This document shows, in pieces, positions 19,160 through 25,388 of a stretch of 26,700 nt of DNA. The notes beneath the pieces are model-generated. The model did no database searches. It worked only from the letters and a program-made list of their open reading frames with translations, and had not been told where the DNA came from. The first letter of the stretch is position 1; every line of letters starts with the position of its first letter. Location: positions 1 to 26,700 of IMG/VR virus record IMGVR_UViG_3300037483_001454, one strand, 5' to 3'. The translations under genes and the position numbers were made by a program. Origin of the DNA: a virus (Duplodnaviria > Caudoviricetes).

Positions 19160-19216
19160 CACTAGTAAAGACATCTTATCTAGTGTCGGCTCTTAGTCAA
19201 CCGGGCTTTACTAGTG
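19160..19216. promoter_or_regulatory. fic promoter with inverted repeat
   Basis: CACTAGTAAAG...CTTTACTAGTG perfect 11-bp IR flanking TTGACT-16-TAAGAT on the minus strand. Confidence 0.5.
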
Positions 19217-19230
19217 TTCCCGGTCGTCCA

Positions 19231-19261
19231 ACAACACAAAACCCCGGGATGAGCCGGGGTT
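19231..19261 (-). terminator. Intrinsic terminator of the minus-strand HARE-HTH operon
   Basis: AACCCCGG-6-CCGGGGTT stem, followed on the minus strand by a T-rich tail (TTTGTGTTGT), 30 bp after the stop at 19291. Confidence 0.7.
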
Positions 19262-19290
19262 ACGGGGCAACGGGAGCGGGAAACGTCGCT

Positions 19291-19917
19291 TCAAGCCACA
19301 TTCGTGGCGGTGAATTTGCCGCGTTCGACCTTGGCGAATCGGGCCTGGTCGCCCTTGTTCTGCATCTCGCGCAGGATGGCGCTGTAGAGCGTGGCCGCCG
19401 GCGTCTTGCCGGCACCGGGTGTCCAGAGCCCTTGCACGGTGACCTGTTCGACCAACTGCTTGGTGTTCAGCGGCGCATCGGATTTCGCCAGTACCTGGGC
19501 GGCCGCGTCGATCAGGCTGAGCTTCTTCGGCTTGTCGGGTTTGGCGACGCCCTTGCCCTTCTTCGGGGCGCTCTCGGCCATCGCCCGTTCGCTGGCGGTC
19601 ATTCCGTCCTTGGCCTTGGCCCGCTCGTTGCGGGCTCGGGCGTTCTCCTGGTCGGCCTTGTGCTGGGCCTGCAGCGCTTTGCGTTCGTCGGCAGTCAGCT
19701 TTTTCTTCACCGGTCGCTTGGCCGGTGCGGCGTCGGCATCGGCCTTCACCTCTTCGCGGAGGCGCTGGGCGCTCTTGATCCGCACCGTCTTGTTGGTGAC
19801 GAGGTTCGTTGCCGTCCATCCACCGCTGGCGTGTTCGGCATCGATGCGGACGGGCACGACCTTGTCGGTGACCTTCGCGCTGTAGGTGTGCCCAATTTTG
19901 ATCTCATTCTTCTTCAT
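19291..19917 (-). CDS. Lys/Ala-rich DNA-binding protein with C-terminal HARE-HTH (HB1/ASXL/restriction endonuclease winged helix)
   Basis: C-terminal LSLIDAAAQVLAKSDAPLNTKQLVEQV...GKTPAATLYSAILRE...RFAKVERGKF; basic linker; AGGAG RBS. Confidence 0.8.
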   Translation of the reverse strand: MKKNEIKIGHTYSAKVTDKVVPVRIDAEHASGGWTATNLVTNKTVRIKSAQRLREEVKADADAAPAKRPVKKKLTADERKALQAQHKADQENARARNERAKAKDGMTASERAMAESAPKKGKGVAKPDKPKKLSLIDAAAQVLAKSDAPLNTKQLVEQVTVQGLWTPGAGKTPAATLYSAILREMQNKGDQARFAKVERGKFTATNVA

Positions 19918-19968
19918 CGCAGTTCTCCTGGTTGGAGGGTGAAAGGGAACAATTCCGGGGGCGTAGGC

Positions 19969-20205
19969 TCAGCGACATTCGCTGAGCAAGTCTTCGATGT
20001 CTTGGGTTTCGCGATTGGAGAGGAACGCAAGCGTCTCGATCAGCTTCTCGCGGACATGGCCGAGGTCGCCGGCGTAGCCCCAATCCTTCGGGTTGGCCTT
20101 CGCGTTGGTCTGGTGGCGATCAAATTCCATGTCGAGCCAATCGAGGACGCGGGCGATGTCTTCGCGTCGTTCGTCGTACAGTTCGCGTGCGGTCTGCTTG
20201 GCCAT
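19969..20205 (-). CDS. Small hypothetical phage protein
   Basis: 78 aa, AAGGA RBS, host-like codon use, WGYAGDLGHV motif; co-directional with neighbours. Confidence 0.7.
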   Translation of the reverse strand: MAKQTARELYDERREDIARVLDWLDMEFDRHQTNAKANPKDWGYAGDLGHVREKLIETLAFLSNRETQDIEDLLSECR

Positions 20206-20226
20206 GGTGGTCTGGTCCTTTCTGTC

Positions 20227-20493
20227 TCAGGCTTGGAAGCGCTGCATCTCGCGGAAGTAGTCGTGGATCATGCTGTTGGTGCCGCCGACGCCGTCGCAAC
20301 GGCGTTGGACGGTCTCGGCGATCTTGAACAGCTCGTCGTCGCTGGTGCGGGTGGGAATCTCCCAAGTCATCCACGCCTGCTCCTTCTTTGGCTCGCGGAG
20401 GATGCTGTCGATGCGGATGGTGGCGCTGCCGCGTTGGCGTTCGATGGCGACGTGGCCGGCGCTGCCTTCGAGTTCGATCCGTGTGGTTCGCAT
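20227..20493 (-). CDS. Small hypothetical phage protein
   Basis: 88 aa, AAGGAG RBS, first gene of the minus-strand operon. Confidence 0.7.
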   Translation of the reverse strand: MRTTRIELEGSAGHVAIERQRGSATIRIDSILREPKKEQAWMTWEIPTRTSDDELFKIAETVQRRCDGVGGTNSMIHDYFREMQRFQA

Positions 20494-20601
20494 GGCCTAT
20501 CTCCTTGTGGTGGCTTGCGTTACAGACACATTGAGCCATGACTTCGCGCCCGCAGCAAGCAGTTAAGCCCAGAATTTGCAGTTATTTATGAGATTCACGA
20601 A

Positions 20602-20829
20602 ATGGCCCGCCGCGACAGGCAAAACCCGGTCCAGTCGGCCGAATCTGGCCAAGCATTCGACCCATCTGCGCTATCTATGCCGGTGGCCGCCAAGGTGCTC
20701 GGCCTGACCGAGGGCACGCTGCGCAAGCATGTCGATGAGGGCCTGCCGCTGAATGCGGACGGGTCGCTGAACCTGGTGACCTATGCCGCCTGGCTCAACG
20801 GAACGGATGAGGGCAGCGATGGCGATTGA
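20602..20829 (+). CDS. Small HTH protein, likely terminase small subunit DNA-binding domain
   Basis: MPVAAKVLGLTEGTLRKHVDEGLP...NLVTYAAWL wHTH pattern resembling the gpNu1 N-terminus; overlaps the large terminase start. Confidence 0.6.
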   Translation: MARRDRQNPVQSAESGQAFDPSALSMPVAAKVLGLTEGTLRKHVDEGLPLNADGSLNLVTYAAWLNGTDEGSDGD

Positions 20830-23092
20830 TATCCGTGAGCTCAGCCCGACCGAACTGATCCGACTGGTCAACTCCACGCCGCTCGGGCCGGTGCTCAATG
20901 CGCCCAAGCTCAACCGCCAGATGAACGAGGCGGGGTTCCGCATCACGCCCGGAAGCAATGCGAAACGCATCAGCCTGGTGAAGTACGTTGCGTGGCTGGC
21001 CAAGCGCCGCGAGCAACCACGCAAGGCAACGATCAGCTACACCGAGCGCAAGCAGCGCGAGGCCGAACGCAACCTTGCCAAGAGCCGGGCCGGCCGCGAC
21101 ATCGGCCCATCCCCGGAAGTGGCCCCGGAAGGTGTCCAGCGCCGGGAACGCTGCGCAAACAGCTTCCGGGAGTTCTGTGAGACGTATTTTCCGGGGGCGT
21201 TCTGTCTGCGGTGGTCGGAAGACCACCTACGTGTCATGGCGAAGATTGAACGTGCCGTCTTGCACGGCGGTCTGTTCGCGTTCGCCATGCCGCGTGGCAG
21301 TGGCAAGACCACGCTCGCGCGTGTGGCGGGCATGTGGGCGGTGCTATACGGGCACCGCGAGTATGTCTGTCTGATCGGGTCCGCAGAAGACCAGGCCAAG
21401 AACATCCTCGAATCGATCAAGCGCGACCTGCTGGCCAATGATCTGCTGTTGGCGGATTTCCCGGAGGCGATCTACCCGATCCGCAAGCTGGAGAACAACG
21501 CCCGCCGGCAGATCGGCCAGCTCTGCAATGGCGAGCCGACGTACATCACCTGGTCGGCCGACCGCTTGGTCATGCCGACAATGTCCAACTCCCCATCTTC
21601 CGGCGGCATCGTCACCGTCGCAGGCCTGGACTCCAACATCCGTGGCCAGCAGCACACCAAGATGGACGGATCGATCATCCGCCCGTCGCTGGTAATCCTC
21701 GACGATCCGCAGACCCGGCAGTCGGCGGCATCGGCGACTCAGACGCGCCACCGCCTTGCGATCCTCAATGGCGACGTGCTCGGCATGGGCGGACCTGGCG
21801 TGAAGATGGCCGGGTTCATGACCTGCACGAAAATCTACCACGACGACCTGGCCGACCAGATTCTCGACCGGCAGCGTAACCCCGACTGGCAAGGCGAATG
21901 CACGAAGATGGTGTATGCGTTTCCTTCCGGCGCGGAACCTGAGAGGCTGTGGGATCGCTATGCTCAGATTCGCGCCGACAGTCTGCGTGCCGACGGCGAC
22001 GGTGCGGAAGCGACCGAGTTCTATCAGAAGAACCGTGAGGCCATGGACGCCGGTGCGGTGGTTGCCTGGCCGGACCGCTACAACGATGATGAGATCTCAG
22101 CACTTCAGCATGCGGTGAATCTCAAGCTCCGTGACGAAGAGGCCTTCCTCGCCGAATACCAGAATGAGCCGCTGAGCGAGCAGGCCGAGGACGACATCCT
22201 CACGTCCGACCAGGTGGCCGATCGGTTCAATGGCCGGCCCCGGAAGCTGGTGCCTGCGGCGGCGACGCATCTGACGGCCTTCATCGACGTGCATGATCGC
22301 CTGCTGTATTACGTGGTTGCTGCATGGGAACAGGGCTTCACCGGCTATGTGGTGGACTACGGAACCTGGCCGGATCAAAAGCGAATGCACTTCACAATGC
22401 GGGATGCCAAGAAGACGCTGGGTGACTTACTGCCTGGCGCGGGCGTCGAAGGCGCAGTGCAGTCGGGGCTCGAGGAATTGGCGACGAACTTACTGACGCG
22501 TGAATGGAAACAGAACGAGGGCGCGACGCGCATCGATCGACTGTTGATCGACAGCGGATATCTTCCCGGCGTCGTCGCCAATGTGTGCCTGAAGGTTCCG
22601 GGGGCGGGTAGCGTGATGCCGTCCAAGGGCGTGGGTATTCGGGCCGGTAACAAACCCATGGCGTCGTACCGGCGGAAACCCGGTGAGCGGCACGGTCACC
22701 ACTGGTACATGCCCAACGTGTCGCGGACGACGGAGATTCGCCACGTCCAGTTCGACGCCAACTACTGGAAGACGTTCGTCCACGCCCGCCTGGCGACCAC
22801 GCCGGGTGACCGGGGATGCCTGACGCTGTTCGGTAAATCAGCGAACGAGCATCGGCTGTACGCCGAGCACATCGCCGGTTCCGAGGTCAGCACCGTCACC
22901 GAAGGCCATGGGCGGATGGTGCGGGAGTGGGCGCTGCGCCCGTCTCGTCCCGACAACCACTGGCTCGATTGTTTGGTCGGGGCTGCGGTGGCTGCGTCGA
23001 TGTGTGGGGTGCGGCTGGGCATCGAGCCAGCGAGTGCTCGCGAGGTACGTCAACCCATGCGTCTTTCGGCGCTGCAGCAGTCGCGACGCTGA
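20819..23092 (+). CDS. Terminase large subunit (GpA-type nuclease domain)
   Basis: Walker A AMPRGSGKTT, Walker B VILDDPQT, AEYQNEP, nuclease LTAFIDVH, LIDSGY, DNHWLDCLV; upstream of portal. ATG at 20819. Confidence 0.9.
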   Translation: MAIDIRELSPTELIRLVNSTPLGPVLNAPKLNRQMNEAGFRITPGSNAKRISLVKYVAWLAKRREQPRKATISYTERKQREAERNLAKSRAGRDIGPSPEVAPEGVQRRERCANSFREFCETYFPGAFCLRWSEDHLRVMAKIERAVLHGGLFAFAMPRGSGKTTLARVAGMWAVLYGHREYVCLIGSAEDQAKNILESIKRDLLANDLLLADFPEAIYPIRKLENNARRQIGQLCNGEPTYITWSADRLVMPTMSNSPSSGGIVTVAGLDSNIRGQQHTKMDGSIIRPSLVILDDPQTRQSAASATQTRHRLAILNGDVLGMGGPGVKMAGFMTCTKIYHDDLADQILDRQRNPDWQGECTKMVYAFPSGAEPERLWDRYAQIRADSLRADGDGAEATEFYQKNREAMDAGAVVAWPDRYNDDEISALQHAVNLKLRDEEAFLAEYQNEPLSEQAEDDILTSDQVADRFNGRPRKLVPAAATHLTAFIDVHDRLLYYVVAAWEQGFTGYVVDYGTWPDQKRMHFTMRDAKKTLGDLLPGAGVEGAVQSGLEELATNLLTREWKQNEGATRIDRLLIDSGYLPGVVANVCLKVPGAGSVMPSKGVGIRAGNKPMASYRRKPGERHGHHWYMPNVSRTTEIRHVQFDANYWKTFVHARLATTPGDRGCLTLFGKSANEHRLYAEHIAGSEVSTVTEGHGRMVREWALRPSRPDNHWLDCLVGAAVAASMCGVRLGIEPASAREVRQPMRLSALQQSRR

Positions 23093-23101
23093 GCGGTGGA
23101 C

Positions 23102-24067
23102 CTATCCCCCGTGGTGCTGGCGGACGTTGACAGCCTTCCACTGAACGGCTGGATGCTTCGCAATCCGGTCACGCATTGCTGGATCATCCGTCAGCAGTTC
23201 GGGGTGAATCTCGCCGCGTTCCAGAAGGTTGTCGAGGAATTGGCGCTCGTTCTCGCGCAACGGGAGCACGAGGGAAACCGCCTCACGACACTCATCAATG
23301 AGCTGTTGAGCCCACGGGTGGGGACCATCGCCCGGCAGCGCTGCCTGCCGGACCACTGGCAACAACTGGTCTCGAAGCTCATCCGCGTCGTACGCAATGT
23401 CGTCGACATGAACGGTGCGCCAGTCTTTGCGATTCATGCCTCCGTATACGACGAATCCCAGCCGAAGTTTTGCCTGATCCAGGTCTGTCTGCGTGAGCAA
23501 ACGATGGGCGTCGAACAGATCGCGACTGGCGTGCCGCGCGAACAGCGCCGCGAGCTTGCCGGCCGCCAACTCATGCAGGTCGAGTACGGGAAACACCTTC
23601 GCTTGATGATTGCCCACCCGTACCGAGTCCGACTTGGTGATGGGCCACAGCGGCACGCGGAACATGAAATTCAGATCGACCTCCAGGTTGCCGCCATCGC
23701 TCAAGGCGCTGTTGTATCGCAGTCGCCACTTGCCGCCGGCGTGGTCGGTGGGCATGCGGTTGATGGCCATGCCCTCGCGGCCACAAACATCCTGCAGCGC
23801 CTTCTCAACCTTCGGACGCTCCTCAAGCATGGCTTGGCGATCCTCCGCCGCCACGTAGTTGAGATCGATGTCCACCGACAGTCGTGGCAGGTCGAACAAG
23901 AACAGGTTCAGCGCCGTCCCGCCTTTCAGGGCCAGACGGTCTTTGAGGAACGGATGGCCCTGGATGGCGTTGAGCAGGTTCAGCAGGTGGATCACCTTCT
24001 CCAGTATCTCAGGCCGGAAACCTGTCGACGACGCATTTTGCATGAGCGATTCACGAGAGAGATTCAC
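23102..24067 (-). CDS. abiEii: AbiEii/AbiGii-family nucleotidyltransferase toxin (type IV TA)
   Basis: LALKGGTALNLF...RLSVDIDL; KLAAL..R...RDLFD; GTG start at 24067 overlaps the abiEi stop, GGAGG RBS. Confidence 0.9.
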   Translation of the reverse strand: MNLSRESLMQNASSTGFRPEILEKVIHLLNLLNAIQGHPFLKDRLALKGGTALNLFLFDLPRLSVDIDLNYVAAEDRQAMLEERPKVEKALQDVCGREGMAINRMPTDHAGGKWRLRYNSALSDGGNLEVDLNFMFRVPLWPITKSDSVRVGNHQAKVFPVLDLHELAAGKLAALFARHASRDLFDAHRLLTQTDLDQAKLRLGFVVYGGMNRKDWRTVHVDDIAYDADELRDQLLPVVRQAALPGDGPHPWAQQLIDECREAVSLVLPLRENERQFLDNLLERGEIHPELLTDDPAMRDRIAKHPAVQWKAVNVRQHHGG

Positions 24068-24864
24068 AAGACCTCCTCCCAGCGCCGCTCCAGCACCTCG
24101 GGCGGTACGACCAGATTCCACGCTGAGACCAGCTTGCCACTCCGGCCCCGCACCAAGTAGTGTGGTTGCTTGGGCCGGCGTTTGCGCAGCTTTGCCAGAT
24201 GCTTCTCTTCGACCCAAAGCGCCTCAGCGTGTTGTTCCAGGTAGAACCCAACCTTCGCCGTGGTGGTCGCGTTATCGAGCAGGTTGACATATGCCAGGAT
24301 CAGGTCCAAGTCGAAATACTCGACCAACTCGAGCGACCGCCAGACCTCTTCCCAACCACCACTGAGCTTGGGACGATCCAATGCGTCGACCAGCGCCCGC
24401 TCAACTTGCGCAACGCGCACATCAACGCCTTGACGGTCGGCGAGCTTGGTCGCGAAGAACTCCTGGCCGGCGTCACGCAGCGGTTTGGGGAAAGGCACCC
24501 CTTCAAAGTGCAACTGGTCGAACGTGGTCGGCCGCAGGGCACGACGGCTCTGCACGACGTAGCGGTCAAAGACGGTGTACGCCTTGCCGTGGAACTCGAG
24601 CGCAGTGTGGTAGGCCAGCACAGCATCCTCGGCGAGCTTGGCCGCCACCAGGTACGGATCGACCGAGTGATCTTCGCGAGTGGCTCCAGGCGGCACGACT
24701 GCGTAGAGGCCTCGACGAACACGGCGGAGATTGCCCTGGCTGAGGTGGTAGCGCAACAGGGCCTCCTGCGATCGCCGGTTGGAGGAGTACTCGGCATCCA
24801 GACGATCAAGCACCTCGGCATGCGTGAGCACTGGTTTGCTGGCGAAGAGTTGCTGGAGTCCCAT
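24064..24864 (-). CDS. abiEi: AbiEi-family antitoxin/transcriptional regulator
   Basis: N-terminal wHTH ending LRRVRRGLYAV; AVLAYHTALEFHG; VERALVDALDRPKLSGGWEE; ATG 24864 with AAGGA. Confidence 0.88.
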   Translation of the reverse strand: MGLQQLFASKPVLTHAEVLDRLDAEYSSNRRSQEALLRYHLSQGNLRRVRRGLYAVVPPGATREDHSVDPYLVAAKLAEDAVLAYHTALEFHGKAYTVFDRYVVQSRRALRPTTFDQLHFEGVPFPKPLRDAGQEFFATKLADRQGVDVRVAQVERALVDALDRPKLSGGWEEVWRSLELVEYFDLDLILAYVNLLDNATTTAKVGFYLEQHAEALWVEEKHLAKLRKRRPKQPHYLVRGRSGKLVSAWNLVVPPEVLERRWEEVL

Positions 24865-24888
24865 GGGGTCATCCTTGCTGATCAGCCT

Positions 24889-25012
24889 CAATACACGTAA
24901 CAAAACTACGGGTATTGCAAGCGTTCTTCAAGTATCGGCCCCCGCAGCCATTGGCTTGAGAAAAACTCGCGATACACGTAATAACACTACGTGTATCGAC
25001 CATATTTGTCAA
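24889..25012 (-). promoter_or_regulatory. Tandem abiE promoter/operators with two inverted repeats
   Basis: IR1 CAATACACGTA-7-TACGGGTATTG (24889-24917) and IR2 CGATACACGTA-7-TACGTGTATCG (24970-24998). TTGACA-17-TAGTGT (25012-24984) plus a second TTGAAG-17-TAGTTT 81 bp downstream. Confidence 0.8.
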
Positions 25013-25107
25013 GTCTCAGTGGTGGGTTTCCTCCCTGCGGCCCGGCAAAGCCATGAGGCGAACGCCGTAGCGGTCAGCCCCCCCCTCAATCGGCATACAT
25101 ACCCACC

Positions 25108-25179
25108 AGCGGGATAGAGCAGCGGTAGCTCGCCAGGCTCATGCCCTGGAGGACGCGGGTTCAAATCCCGCTCCCGCCA
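25108..25179 (+). tRNA. tRNA-Met(CAT), initiator-like, variant anticodon loop, no encoded CCA
   Basis: Acceptor AGCGGGA/TCCCGCC (1:72 mismatch); D arm GAGC-AGCGGTA-GCTC; anticodon arm CCAGG-CTCATGC-CCTGG; T arm GCGGG-TTCAAAT-CCCGC. Confidence 0.88.
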
Positions 25180-25190
25180 TTAGGAAGCCC

Positions 25191-25388
25191 ATGGCCGAAG
25201 ACCTTTCCAACTCGATCAAGACCAACGCCGAAGGCCCGGCCAAGGCCAGCGGTGACTCCGGCAGCGTCGAGCAGCACGCGATCGGCGATCAGATCGCTGC
25301 CGACAAGTACCTCGAGTCAAAGAAGGCCAGCCGCACCAAGGGGCTGGGGATCAAGCTGACCAAGATTTCTCCGGGAGGGACCGTCTGA
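25191..25388 (+). CDS. Small head gene, gpW-like head-tail joining protein by position
   Basis: 65 aa between terminase and portal; AGGA RBS; stop coupled to the portal ATG (TGATG). Confidence 0.65.
   Translation: MAEDLSNSIKTNAEGPAKASGDSGSVEQHAIGDQIAADKYLESKKASRTKGLGIKLTKISPGGTV

Noticed and set aside
17923-20541. 872-aa ORF as a functional protein
   Set aside because: Codon-aligned antisense of four well-supported genes with no recognisable domain; kept only as a possible translational-bridge finding.
25108-25179. tRNA as the prophage integration site
   Set aside because: It lies inside the terminase-portal module, with no integrase or matching duplicated 3' end nearby.
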